Both the position numbers and the translations under genes were made by a program. A stretch of 24,511 nucleotides of DNA, taken from positions 1-24,511 of the IMG/VR virus record IMGVR_UViG_3300016464_000088; one strand, given 5' to 3'. The notes beneath the pieces were generated by a model. The model worked only from the letters and a program-made list of their open reading frames with translations, made no database searches and was not told the origin of the DNA. Shown in pieces: positions 1 to 9,400 of the stretch (its first letter is position 1; each line of letters opens with the position of its first letter). This DNA is from a virus (lineage: Duplodnaviria > Caudoviricetes).

Positions 1-618
1 CAAGGCAAATACTAGATCACTCATCATATGATTGGGAGTCCAGTTAGGGAACAGAGCAAAGGCCGCTGATAGACTGCCATTGGAATATCCTCTTGGCACC
101 ACTGGTGTAGATGAGTTACCACTGAAACAGTATATCTTGATTAATCCATTAGGTGATGAATCAACAACACCATCTGGATCTACATAACTGGCCACCGTGT
201 AGCCATCGTTTTGAAATGTCACACGCTGTTGGTTCCAATAGATATCTTCAAAGGTTATTTGACTGGCTGTGCCATTAATCAAGTTGCCAGTCTTTTCACA
301 GAGTGCAAGACAATACCACATGGTTTGATTGTCATTGGTCAATACGGCATCAGTGACGATGCCTCCTATGAAGCCTTCTCCATAGAGCACTGGTATTGAA
401 TGATCAGTGTCAGGATCTACCTGAAGCCTAACACCTGGATCTGGTCTATTATTAGTAGCAGCCTCAGGTCTTTGGTTTTCTTTTTGAACGCTGCCTGTGA
501 CTTCTTTGAGCAAATAACCTAGAGCAGTGGCTCGTGCCACTCCTGAGGCTACTCCAGGACCTGTTAGAGCGTTCCAAACTGAACTGCCCACATCTAAAAT
601 GTCATCTATAAAACTCAT
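1..618 (-). CDS. Tail tip / host-specificity (TipJ-like) protein, N-terminal part, truncated by window edge
   Basis: Not in the ORF track. ATG at 618 overlaps the upstream stop (ATGA) and the frame is open to base 1: MSFIDDILDVGSSVWNALTGPG...SIPVLYGEGFIGG. The IPVxYG motif and position after the distal tail genes fit a tail-tip protein. Confidence 0.75.
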   Translation of the reverse strand, partial: MSFIDDILDVGSSVWNALTGPGVASGVARATALGYLLKEVTGSVQKENQRPEAATNNRPDPGVRLQVDPDTDHSIPVLYGEGFIGGIVTDAVLTNDNQTMWYCLALCEKTGNLINGTASQITFEDIYWNQQRVTFQNDGYTVASYVDPDGVVDSSPNGLIKIYCFSGNSSTPVVPRGYSNGSLSAAFALFPNWTPNHMMSDLVFAL

Positions 619-1226
619 TTAGGTGCTCCAAAATCAAATGTTGCATTTTCTAAGTTAGGCACACGATCAAAACTCACATCCGTAGGATAAAATCTTTTCA
701 TTGACTGCGGATTGGTTTTTCTACCACTGGTCTTTTGTTCTAATACGCCTACTGAACTAGCACAGGTCAACACCAATGTGTTGCTGGCAGTTCTAGCGGC
801 TGTGTCATACTCTTCATTGAGACTAAAGTTGTTGACGAATCCACGGAACCTACCTAATGGATTGCCAGCGATGTCTATCTTTTGTCCTGTGTTAGGATCA
901 AATAACACACGATATACTCTCACAGGAGATCCTTTGAGTTTTGAGTGCAGGATTTCATAGATACTGCTGTTAGGTATGCCGCTGAGTGTTATGGTTATTT
1001 CTCCAGGCGAAACACGGATTTCAGAAGCACTGGATGTGATGCTCATCAACCTACCTAGACCAACATAGGATTCACTATTGATAGTGTATGGTGTTAGTAG
1101 GTCTGAAAATCTCAGAACATTGGCTGTGTAGCCACTGCTGGGTGATGTGCGATACTCTGCTATGTCTATTCTAACAAATAGGTTGCTTTGTATGGCACTA
1201 TAGGCTGTTAGATCAGGCATGGTCAT
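615..1226 (-). CDS. Minor tail / baseplate hub-like protein
   Basis: Track ORF 615..1262; start reassigned to ATG 1226 (ATGA overlap with upstream stop). Second gene after tape measure; C-terminal 'SMKRFYPTDVSFDRV' resembles siphophage hub proteins. Confidence 0.65.
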   Translation of the reverse strand: MTMPDLTAYSAIQSNLFVRIDIAEYRTSPSSGYTANVLRFSDLLTPYTINSESYVGLGRLMSITSSASEIRVSPGEITITLSGIPNSSIYEILHSKLKGSPVRVYRVLFDPNTGQKIDIAGNPLGRFRGFVNNFSLNEEYDTAARTASNTLVLTCASSVGVLEQKTSGRKTNPQSMKRFYPTDVSFDRVPNLENATFDFGAPK

Positions 1227-1858
1227 ACTAGATTCTCCACAAAGGTAAATGAACCACTCCAACTGACTTGATCACGAGCCATCAGTGTCCAATCTGGGAA
1301 GTTGGTGCAGATCACTGACCATTGACAATGTTGTGCTACCTTGATATAAACACCTGAGGCTGTGCTATCTAGCACTGGGCGATGCAGGGCCACAGTGGTG
1401 CCACCTGAGGCGACATCAGCAGCCACTCTATAACATTTGCCTGAACCTAACTGTATGTAATCACCTGCACGGAATCTGTATGTGGCTCCTACAGGCATTG
1501 ATGAAAAACTAGTCAGCGTGATTTGATTTGAGCCTTGAGTGATATTGCCTATGGCAATAGCGCCACCTAAGCCTGTGATATTAGTAGATGATCCTTGATA
1601 GCCTACGATCCAAGAATGACCAGTGTTAGAAAACTGTATTGTAGATGCTGTGGTTCTGTCTAGGGTTTCTGCCTGTGTGATATATTGACGCAGTTCAGTC
1701 CAAGGAATACCATCAGGTAGTTTGACATCAAATGTCCATACCTGACCTCCTCTGCTGACTGCACGAGTAGTTCCATCACGAGCCTGTGTAGAAGCCACGA
1801 TCTTTTTTGTATTGATGCTGATTGTTTCAGCACGATCTATAATCCATTGAAATGACAT
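1223..1858 (-). CDS. Distal tail-like protein
   Basis: 211 aa immediately after tape measure; beta-rich; AAGGAG SD upstream. Confidence 0.65.
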   Translation of the reverse strand: MSFQWIIDRAETISINTKKIVASTQARDGTTRAVSRGGQVWTFDVKLPDGIPWTELRQYITQAETLDRTTASTIQFSNTGHSWIVGYQGSSTNITGLGGAIAIGNITQGSNQITLTSFSSMPVGATYRFRAGDYIQLGSGKCYRVAADVASGGTTVALHRPVLDSTASGVYIKVAQHCQWSVICTNFPDWTLMARDQVSWSGSFTFVENLV

Positions 1859-1863
1859 TTATT

Positions 1864-4563
1864 TTATCTCCTTGATGGAACTCCACCTTGACCCTGTAAT
1901 GATAGTGCGTAGATGAAACTTGGATCTTGTGCCAGCATCTGTTTGAAACTCATAGCATCTACAGCGTTGATGTTGTAGGTCACTGCTGTGCCTCCACCCA
2001 TAGGTGTTATGTTAGCAGGACCACTGACAAACTCAGGACCATTTTCACCAACAACACCAAACTTACCTTTGGGCAATGAACCACCATTGGCAAAGAATCC
2101 ACCAAAGAAATCGCCAATGCCACCTATGATATCGTCTACAAAGGAACTGCCGCCACCGCCTCCACTACTGCCACCAAACAATCCTCCAATGGCATCAGTG
2201 ACTCCACCAAATGCTGATCCTATGCTAGAACCAATACCTGATACTGCATCCCATACTCCTGATCCAATGTTGCTGACTGTTTCAAATACGCTGGAACCAA
2301 AGTCTTTGACTCCTTCCCAAACTGATCCTGCTGTGGATTTAATAGTTTCCCATATGCCGCCACCTTGACCCTGTCCTTGACCCTGTCCAAAGATGCCGCC
2401 CATACCACCCATGCCACCGCCTCCTCCAGAAACATCATAGACATACAATGGATCATTCATTGATTTACCAGTGCCTGAACCACCGCCACCACCGCCAAAT
2501 ATGCTGGAGATACCGCCTAGTATTGAGTCAAGGAATCCGCCTGAATCTTCTTGACCACCACCGCCACCACCTCCAAACAGTCCGCCAATGGCTCCCATGA
2601 TACCACCACCGCCTGGGCTCATTGAGTCTTTCATACCGCCTAATAACTGTGCAAAGATCTGTTGTATCTGAGCACGAAGCAGTTCTTCTAACATCATTGC
2701 CACAAAGTTCTTCCATTCAAACTTACCAGTCTTGGCAAAGTTTACTATGAGATCCTCCATGCCCTGTGTGGCTTTGCGGAAAATGCTTTCCGCTCTCTTG
2801 GCAGCATTGGTAGCATTGTCCACATATTCTTGATAGGCCTTCTTCCAACCTGTTGAGAACTGACGACTCTTGTCATAGAGTTCTTGATTGGCACGAACTA
2901 GGTCTTCAGTCTTTTGTTTGGCTGCTTCGTAGTATTTGGCCTTTTCTTGTTCTGTTAGTAGTGTGCCACGAGCGGCTTCCTGTGCTTTGATTTCTGCTTC
3001 TGCTCTTTCATAGGCATCACGCTTGATCTGTGCTGCCTTTTTCTCCATTTCACTCATGGTAGAAGTGGCTATTTCAAACTGGATGTCACGAATCTGTTTT
3101 TCAACATCTATTTGACTTTGACGAGCAAACTTTTCTAGATCATAGGCTCTGACACGCTCTTGACTGTTGCGTATGGCAGATTCAGTGGCTTCCATGTCAG
3201 CCTTGGTCTGTTCACGGATCTTTTGTATCTGTTCATCAATGACCTTGCCTAGACCTGCGTTGACCTGTGCTTCTGTGAGTTTGGCACGCTGTTCTTCTAG
3301 TTTGCGTATCTCATCGCTTTCACGCTTCATTAGGTCAGTTCTAGCCTTGACTACTTCTTGTTCTTCACGGCTCTTGCCTATTAGAGCAGTTTGATTTTTG
3401 ATCTGTTCAATGTTCAGTTGATTAACACGAGCATATTCTTCTGCCATGCCACTGAGTGCTTGACGCAGTTGTTTGAATGGATCAACCACTTCTCTAACGA
3501 CCTTACCACCTTCTTTGGTAGCCTCTGTGTTGCGTTTGGTAGCATCAGTATTTTTATCTAACTGTTGTGTATTGTCTTCTACTTTGAAACCAAAAAACTC
3601 TTTGACAGAGTCAGTGGCTTCACCAATGGCTGCACTAATCTTGGCCGCAGTTTCTGGAAATAGTGTGGCCAATGCGATAGCGGCAGCACCTAGTGCGGTT
3701 AATACCCTGCCTACAATGGTGCCAAACTTTAGAACATTAACTATGAGACCCAATAACACACTGAGCACTCCAGAGAATGCTATCTGTAATGCCTGCATGG
3801 CTGCTGTGACCCTACCTAATGCTGACAGCGCCACCAAGGCCGCTGCTAGTTTAGTGATATTTTCTATAAAATCTAATACACGAGTTTGATCTAGACTGTT
3901 GATAAAATCAGCCACAGGACTTAGCATCTCAAGCAAGACCATCTTAACTTTGCCCAAGGCTTTTTCTAAGTTGCCCTGTAGTTCAGCGGCTCTGGCAATG
4001 GCTTCAGCATTCTTTCTACTGGCTTCTGTGCTTTGATTTAGGTATTCATTAAAACCACTTAATGAAACATTGCGAAACTCTTTGCCTAATAACTGTGTAG
4101 CCAGTGCTGATCTAGTGGCCTTGTCTGGAATAGATTCAAGTCCTCTTAAAACTTTTGCCAGTATGTCTTGTTCTGATAGTGTGGCAAGATCATTAAGGCT
4201 AACACCTACTTTTGAAAATGCCAACTGTAGACCTGCAGATCCTTCTGCGGCTTCACCAACATTCTGCACTAATCTAAGGATGGCTTTGTCAGCACCTTCT
4301 GCAGATCCACCAAATGCCTGCACGGCTTTTTGAAAACCTAAGATGTTGGCAGTGGCAATGCCTGTGGCATCACTTAGATCTTGTATATTGTCAGCAAATC
4401 TCAATAGATTGCCAATGATGCTGCCTATAGCGATGCCAGCAAGAGCATTTTTTAATCCACCAAATGCATCATTGACGCCTTGGACTTTGTTTTGTAAGTT
4501 GTTTAATGCCTGTATGCCATTGGTAGCATTGACATTGACATTGTAGTTTAAGTTAGTAGCCAT
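1864..4563 (-). CDS. Tail tape measure protein
   Basis: 899 aa, Ala-rich helical/coiled-coil. 'GWKKAYQEYVDNATNAA...MEDLIVNFAKTGKFEW' resembles the lambda-family tape-measure C-terminal domain; ends FANGG...VVGENGPE; follows the chaperone genes. Confidence 0.95.
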   Translation of the reverse strand: MATNLNYNVNVNATNGIQALNNLQNKVQGVNDAFGGLKNALAGIAIGSIIGNLLRFADNIQDLSDATGIATANILGFQKAVQAFGGSAEGADKAILRLVQNVGEAAEGSAGLQLAFSKVGVSLNDLATLSEQDILAKVLRGLESIPDKATRSALATQLLGKEFRNVSLSGFNEYLNQSTEASRKNAEAIARAAELQGNLEKALGKVKMVLLEMLSPVADFINSLDQTRVLDFIENITKLAAALVALSALGRVTAAMQALQIAFSGVLSVLLGLIVNVLKFGTIVGRVLTALGAAAIALATLFPETAAKISAAIGEATDSVKEFFGFKVEDNTQQLDKNTDATKRNTEATKEGGKVVREVVDPFKQLRQALSGMAEEYARVNQLNIEQIKNQTALIGKSREEQEVVKARTDLMKRESDEIRKLEEQRAKLTEAQVNAGLGKVIDEQIQKIREQTKADMEATESAIRNSQERVRAYDLEKFARQSQIDVEKQIRDIQFEIATSTMSEMEKKAAQIKRDAYERAEAEIKAQEAARGTLLTEQEKAKYYEAAKQKTEDLVRANQELYDKSRQFSTGWKKAYQEYVDNATNAAKRAESIFRKATQGMEDLIVNFAKTGKFEWKNFVAMMLEELLRAQIQQIFAQLLGGMKDSMSPGGGGIMGAIGGLFGGGGGGGQEDSGGFLDSILGGISSIFGGGGGGSGTGKSMNDPLYVYDVSGGGGGMGGMGGIFGQGQGQGQGGGIWETIKSTAGSVWEGVKDFGSSVFETVSNIGSGVWDAVSGIGSSIGSAFGGVTDAIGGLFGGSSGGGGGSSFVDDIIGGIGDFFGGFFANGGSLPKGKFGVVGENGPEFVSGPANITPMGGGTAVTYNINAVDAMSFKQMLAQDPSFIYALSLQGQGGVPSRR

Positions 4564-4566
4564 CGC

Positions 4567-4857
4567 TTATCGCCCCATGATCTGTTTGATTCTTTTTCTT
4601 AGCCATTGTTCCCAAGGCTGAGTCATACCCTTAGGTGCTTGTTTTGACCAACCTTCATCCAAACGCTGTGCATATGGATAATCTGCTGAGATAGTATCCC
4701 CTTGCAGAGTAGTTCTACGACGAGCATTTCCTGAACGGATAGGAGTTAAACTACGAAACTCAGCCAATCCTTGTCTAGGCACTTTGGCCAACTCTTGTTT
4801 GATCTTTTTTATTTCACCTGTCATAAGATCATTGACATCTACTTTAACTTCTACCAT
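4567..4857 (-). CDS. HK97 gp10-like neck/tail completion protein
   Basis: TPIRSGNARR...YAQRLDEG..QAPKGM motifs; start reassigned to ATG 4857 (GGAG SD). Confidence 0.75.
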   Translation of the reverse strand: MVEVKVDVNDLMTGEIKKIKQELAKVPRQGLAEFRSLTPIRSGNARRRTTLQGDTISADYPYAQRLDEGWSKQAPKGMTQPWEQWLRKRIKQIMGR

Positions 4858-5436
4858 GTTTACGCTCCATCTTCTTGTCTTTGACAGCATCTAGCATGGC
4901 TCTCATCTGTTTTTGTGAAAGTTTAGACCTTGCGGGAGCCGCACCCTGAGGTGCTTTTATGCTTGACTGCTGTGCCTCTTGATATTTACTATACCTATGA
5001 AAGGTATCTAACACATACAAATCAAATGTAGTAGCACAGGCCAATGCTTCAGATGGCAGCATCTTATAGGTTTTAGCGAGGTTATGGAGTGTTAGAACCA
5101 TCTGTGCTTCATCCGCTCCCCAGTCTGGTTCCTCGCCTATTACTTTCCCAGTGTTTCAACCACTTTCTGGATGATACGGATTAGGATCTGAGTAGGCAAC
5201 ATCACATCATCTTTGATCACTATTTTGCCTTCTTCATCTAGGATAAGGTCCTTGACGATCTTGATGATTTCTTCTGGGTTGTCTTGTTTGACGCTGGCTA
5301 ACTTCATGAACTTATCTAAGGGTTGACGATCCCAGGTCCAAAACTCTAGTTCTTCACCTAGTTCTTGGCGAGTCTGTTCGTCATCTAATACCACTTTGAT
5401 CAGTTGTGGTTTGCTGGCTATTTGATTGATTTTCAT
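4844..5436 (-). CDS. Tail assembly chaperone, -1 frameshifted long form (gpGT-like)
   Basis: GGGAAAG just before the chaperone stop; the -1 frame reads GKVIGEEPDWGADEAQ directly into track ORF 4844..5101. Confidence 0.85.
5140..5436 (-). CDS. Tail assembly chaperone (gpG-like)
   Basis: 98 aa between tail tube and tape measure; AAGGAG SD; ends at a slippery site. Confidence 0.85.
   Translation of the reverse strand: MKINQIASKPQLIKVVLDDEQTRQELGEELEFWTWDRQPLDKFMKLASVKQDNPEEIIKIVKDLILDEEGKIVIKDDVMLPTQILIRIIQKVVETLGK
5143..5149 (-). other. Programmed -1 ribosomal frameshift site G GGA AAG
   Basis: Identical to the lambda G/T slippery heptamer, in the right frame and syntenic position. Confidence 0.9.
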
Positions 5437-5439
5437 CTT

Positions 5440-5613
5440 TTAATCTCCTTGTCTATTAATCAGTGTATTGGCCAGGGCTAGTAAGAATCTTATTCTACCC
5501 TGTGCTTTTTGTATGTCGCCTTGAGCACAACGGATTTCGTTCTGCGTCTTGGCTATTTCTGCGATCATTGATTGCAGTAGTTCTTTGTCTGTCTTTGAAT
5601 CTAAGATATCCAT
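5440..5613 (-). CDS. Hypothetical 57-aa coiled-coil protein
   Basis: Below track cut-off: MDILDSKTDKELLQSMIAEIAKTQNEIRCAQGDIQKAQGRIRFLLALANTLINRQGD. Fills the gap between the promoter at 5630 and the chaperone. Confidence 0.75.
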   Translation of the reverse strand: MDILDSKTDKELLQSMIAEIAKTQNEIRCAQGDIQKAQGRIRFLLALANTLINRQGD

Positions 5614-5629
5614 AAATCTTCTCTCTAAG

Positions 5630-5637
5630 TATTTATA
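5630..5637 (-). promoter_or_regulatory. T4-type late promoter TATAAATA
   Basis: Exact consensus, intergenic, directly downstream of a terminator and upstream of the tail chaperone/tape measure genes. Confidence 0.75.
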
Positions 5638-5643
5638 GCCTCT

Positions 5644-5673
5644 AAAGAAAAAGGGGGTTTTTACGCCCCCTTA
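5644..5673 (-). terminator. Rho-independent terminator after the tail tube gene
   Basis: Minus strand AAGGGGG-cgtaaaaa-CCCCCTT followed by TTTCTTT. Confidence 0.85.
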
Positions 5674-5698
5674 ATCATCGCTCCCTGGGCGGGATTGA

Positions 5699-6175
5699 TT
5701 ACGCTACTGTGTAATCACCAGTTACAGTGATAGTGAATGGAGAGACCCATACTGGACTATCTGCTGAAACTGTTGGTGCTAGACCAGTGACATAGCCAGA
5801 ACCTGAAATGGTCTTGCCATTACCGCCTGAGTCTGTGTCACCTAGGTATAGATCAAAATCAATCAAGACCTTATTCTTGCTTAGACCAAAAATACCATAT
5901 TCAACGGCTGTGTCAGTTGGAGAACCGCCTGAGCCAAAGAACTTGTCTTGATCTAAAACAATATTACCACTTATACTGTTGGTAGCAGTTGTAGCGATTT
6001 GTTTCTTAGAACCGCTGTCTAGTTGTGTCCAAGTGAAAACATCGTTAGCATTATTGATAGTGATGTCCTGTAGTGCTGGCACAGCCATTCCTGTGTCAGC
6101 CGCATTAGAATTAACACTGATTGTCAATGTTGCTTGAACTCCGTTTACCCCTGGTGCTGGATAAATGTAAGCCAT
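5699..6175 (-). CDS. Major tail tube protein
   Basis: 158 aa, beta-rich, ends SGSGYVTGLAPTVSADSPVWVSPFTITVTG; synteny. Confidence 0.85.
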   Translation of the reverse strand: MAYIYPAPGVNGVQATLTISVNSNAADTGMAVPALQDITINNANDVFTWTQLDSGSKKQIATTATNSISGNIVLDQDKFFGSGGSPTDTAVEYGIFGLSKNKVLIDFDLYLGDTDSGGNGKTISGSGYVTGLAPTVSADSPVWVSPFTITVTGDYTVA

Positions 6176-6186
6176 AGTTATATTCC

Positions 6187-6582
6187 TTATGTTGAAAGTT
6201 TAGTAAATCTAAGATCTAGTTCAGTAACCAGCAGGTCTGCTTCAATGGTAGTATTGACCACACATTCTCTGCGGTTTACACCTGAGATAGTTGTGATGTC
6301 TTTACCACGCTTGATGTCACTGACTAGAGTTTCATAGTTACTGGGTAGTTGTTTAGCGTCGCAGGCGAAAAAGACCCTGACCACACCTGTTTCTGCATTG
6401 ATATTCACGCCATCAAGAGTTTGTAGAATAGGCTCATTGTTGTATTCAACCACATCCACATAGATCTTCTTGGGATTCTTTAGATACAGGGCTGTGCCTG
6501 ACTCTTCCCAAGGAACTTCTTGGCTCACTACAAATGAACCAAGGCTCAGTGTGTTGATGTATTCAATGATTTCTGTTCTCAT
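6187..6582 (-). CDS. Tail terminator / completion protein (putative)
   Basis: 131 aa directly upstream of the tail tube; call rests on synteny. Confidence 0.6.
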   Translation of the reverse strand: MRTEIIEYINTLSLGSFVVSQEVPWEESGTALYLKNPKKIYVDVVEYNNEPILQTLDGVNINAETGVVRVFFACDAKQLPSNYETLVSDIKRGKDITTISGVNRRECVVNTTIEADLLVTELDLRFTKLST

Positions 6583-7088
6583 CTCACTCTCTTTAGATTG
6601 ACCTGACCTGGTGATTTCTCAGATGATTCAATGGTAGCATCATCATCAAAGTCATACCAGTCTCCAGCGGTTATGAGTTCAGACAATAAACTGTCTGCTC
6701 GCTGGGTGTAATAGCCCATCTTTTGGCGTTCTGCTGAATCCTCATTGCCAAAATCAGCGATTGAAGGCAGAATAAACTCAGCCAGTGCTGTGTAAACACA
6801 GAGATCTGTAAAGTCATTCTGCCTTGCTTTGATTCTGTCAGGATCTAGAGCAGGAATATCTGCCACAGTCCGTATGGTAGTAGAGGTATTACGATTTACG
6901 AAATAACTCCTCCACCAGGCTGAGTTTCGCAATCTTGTTAGAATGCGTTCTGTAGCCCTTACCAACTGACTGTCTACGATGTCATCAGAGAGGCCTTCGT
7001 TGGCATCAAAAAGTCGTGAATCTTTGCTCACAACATCTTGAAACTCCGCAAAACTGACTGTAACGCCGTTTTCAGTAACGAAAGCCAT
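6579..7088 (-). CDS. Head-tail connector/adaptor (putative)
   Basis: 169 aa helical protein right after the major capsid gene; AGGAG SD. Confidence 0.65.
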   Translation of the reverse strand: MAFVTENGVTVSFAEFQDVVSKDSRLFDANEGLSDDIVDSQLVRATERILTRLRNSAWWRSYFVNRNTSTTIRTVADIPALDPDRIKARQNDFTDLCVYTALAEFILPSIADFGNEDSAERQKMGYYTQRADSLLSELITAGDWYDFDDDATIESSEKSPGQVNLKRVR

Positions 7089-7100
7089 CTTGATCTCCTA

Positions 7101-7961
7101 TTAGATGCTAGAATCGTATTTTAGATAACGGCCATAACCGTCATACAACTCGCCAACACCGTAAACGGCAGTAGCAACTAACTCATCTGCACGAAGACTT
7201 GCATCACGCTGAGTTTCAATCTTGATGTCTTGCATCATTGCTAGACCCAATGCATCTCTGTGGAACACAGCACCTGGGAAGTCACCAGCGTTGGTAACAT
7301 AGTCAATGTTAGAAGTTTCATAGATTGGGATACCTGCTAACATACCTACAAAGCCCATTTGCATTGCTTCGTTAGCAACATTGGTTACACCACCGCCGCC
7401 TGTGAATGCAACAGAACCACTTGTGGTCAATGCTTTCTTGAGATCAAATGCGATCTCTGGGTGTAGAACTGCTACACAGCCTGCTGGATCAACACCAGCA
7501 CCACGCAACTTGGCCACTGACTTGAAGATCGCTTCAGCAGTGATTTGAGTTGTGTAGTCACCTTCACCTGCAGAGAAACCTGCGAATAGTGCTGTTAGGT
7601 CTTTGTCCATCTTAGCAGCGATGGCTTCACCAAATAAACGGCCTACATCAGCGATCACATTAGATGCAGAAGCGTTACGAGCCATATCTGTCACAGTGGT
7701 CATGATACCAACTTCACCAACTGTTAGAACTGCACCAGAAGTAGCAACTTCAGTGTTGGTTAGGTCAGTGCCTTCATTTACACCAGCGGCAGTCTGCTTT
7801 GGATATACAGGAACTGTCACTGTCTTACCGCTACCTAGTGGTAGAGTAAAGTTACGAACTAATCCACGCATGATGGATCTTTCTTGAGCAACGAACAGGG
7901 CTTCTGCTACGATGCTTGGGAGTAAGTCATTTAGACTTGTGGTTGTGCTTTCATTAGCCAT
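7101..7961 (-). CDS. Major capsid protein (HK97 fold)
   Basis: 286 aa; GKTVTVP, EGTDL, AVLHPE, GMLAGIPIYETSN, FHRDALGLA, VYGVGEL motifs; follows the scaffold. Confidence 0.93.
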   Translation of the reverse strand: MANESTTTSLNDLLPSIVAEALFVAQERSIMRGLVRNFTLPLGSGKTVTVPVYPKQTAAGVNEGTDLTNTEVATSGAVLTVGEVGIMTTVTDMARNASASNVIADVGRLFGEAIAAKMDKDLTALFAGFSAGEGDYTTQITAEAIFKSVAKLRGAGVDPAGCVAVLHPEIAFDLKKALTTSGSVAFTGGGGVTNVANEAMQMGFVGMLAGIPIYETSNIDYVTNAGDFPGAVFHRDALGLAMMQDIKIETQRDASLRADELVATAVYGVGELYDGYGRYLKYDSSI

Positions 7962-7982
7962 AATAGTTTTCCTTTATATGTT

Positions 7983-8669
7983 TTATCGTATGCCAAGGGC
8001 CTTACGATGTTCTTTATACAAGGCACGGTGTTCTGGATTTGACATGTCAAGTTTGGTGATGTCAACCTTCTTGGCCATGGCCTTGTCAGTGATATTGCTT
8101 CTGGTTGCAGTTGTAGCAGGATTGGCAGTTCTAAAGTGAGGATTTGTGTCTAAGAACTCTTTGACTAAATCTTCTACGCCTATGGGTTCACCTTTGTCTG
8201 AATAACGAACTGAGCCCTTGCTATCTACTACTTCAACTTCACCGCTGTCATTTAAACGAATATTAGACGATAATAGAGCCTTGACTTGATCAGCGTTGAC
8301 AGCATTGTATTTTGCCGCGGCACTGAGTAAAGGTGTATTGATCTTATATTCTTTGATCACAGCATCTCTCTTTGAGATTTCAGCATCCTTTTTGGCCGCA
8401 AGTTCTTGCAAGGTCTTCTCAAACTCCCCGCGTTTGATCTGTTGTTCCTGTTGCTTCTTTTCCCATTCTGTTTTAATGGTTCTAAGTTCTTCAGGATCAC
8501 CCAAATCTTCATATTTTGACTGGAACTTCTTCTCTAGTTGAGATTTTGTTCTAGCCAAGATAGCATTGACTTCTTCTTGCGTGAATGTCTTTGTGGCCTG
8601 TTGTGCCTGAAGTGCAGAATCCGCTGCGGGTTCAGTTCCCATATCCGTTACCAATGTATTTTCTGACAT
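7983..8669 (-). CDS. Capsid scaffolding protein
   Basis: 228 aa; KTFTQEEVNAI motif, charged coiled coil; GGAGGT SD; precedes the capsid gene. Confidence 0.88.
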   Translation of the reverse strand: MSENTLVTDMGTEPAADSALQAQQATKTFTQEEVNAILARTKSQLEKKFQSKYEDLGDPEELRTIKTEWEKKQQEQQIKRGEFEKTLQELAAKKDAEISKRDAVIKEYKINTPLLSAAAKYNAVNADQVKALLSSNIRLNDSGEVEVVDSKGSVRYSDKGEPIGVEDLVKEFLDTNPHFRTANPATTATRSNITDKAMAKKVDITKLDMSNPEHRALYKEHRKALGIR

Positions 8670-8700
8670 TGTTGCATCACCTCCAATGAGTTATAATAGT

Positions 8701-9129
8701 TTATTTATTAAGTTCTGATTGATTCAGGTCTATTTCATGACTATCTGCGTTTATCTTCTGCCTAAGTTCTCTGAGTCTTGATCTATCCTGTTGGATCAAT
8801 ATGCTCACAGGACTTGCGAATGGGCCATATCCAGGATAAGAAAACAGCCATTCATCCTCACCATGATTCAATCCCTGACAGATGGCTTCCACTGAATCAT
8901 CTGGTTCATTGATCACATACACACGAGCTTCTAGATCACCTAGTGGTTCTACTGATCCTGTATATTCTTGTATCTTGATCTTACCGTTTAGGTAAGCTGT
9001 ATAGGCCCAAGGGCACTCTACACGAATGCTCTTGAAGTAACTATACCAATCAACGCTTTGGTGGTTTGCGACCTTTTCCACGACCTCTTCCCATATTAGG
9101 CTCCTTGTATGTTGGGTGTAGATATTCAC
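8701..9129 (-). CDS. Hypothetical protein (true start probably further downstream)
   Basis: Open frame filling the gap between endonuclease and scaffold; ECPWA and LFSYPGYG motifs; function unknown. Confidence 0.6.
   Translation of the reverse strand: MNIYTQHTRSLIWEEVVEKVANHQSVDWYSYFKSIRVECPWAYTAYLNGKIKIQEYTGSVEPLGDLEARVYVINEPDDSVEAICQGLNHGEDEWLFSYPGYGPFASPVSILIQQDRSRLRELRQKINADSHEIDLNQSELNK
8702..8708 (-). promoter_or_regulatory. T4-like late promoter ATAAATA for scaffold/capsid genes
   Basis: AATAAATA overlaps the upstream stop codon, about 33 nt before the scaffold ATG. Confidence 0.65.
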
Positions 9130-9400
9130 TTACTGGATCTGCTGTCAAATACTTTATAAGATTATTTGCTATCGCAGCCAGCCTGCCTATATCTACACGA
9201 TTGCGGGGCATATTGTTTTCTATCTTGCCTAATAGGGCGTTACAGCCTCTATGAAGCACGCCTCTTATTTGACCCGTCTTATGACAGTGATCTAATACAG
9301 CATCATCTAAAACAGTTTGCCCACATAGAGAACAACAATGACCCTGGCGGATCAACTGCTGTTCTCTTAACTCCTTTACTTCTCTATACTTTAATTTCAT
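9050..9400 (-). CDS. Recombination endonuclease VII family protein (T4 gp49-like)
   Basis: CSLC...VLDHCHKTGQIRGVLHRGCNALLG matches the endo VII His-Me signature. Confidence 0.9.
   Translation of the reverse strand: MKLKYREVKELREQQLIRQGHCCSLCGQTVLDDAVLDHCHKTGQIRGVLHRGCNALLGKIENNMPRNRVDIGRLAAIANNLIKYLTADPVSEYLHPTYKEPNMGRGRGKGRKPPKR

Noticed and set aside
2095-2615. Gly-rich (ccaccg-like) low-complexity repeats
   Set aside because: Ordinary Gly-rich and amphipathic repeats in the tape measure C-terminus, not a separate element.
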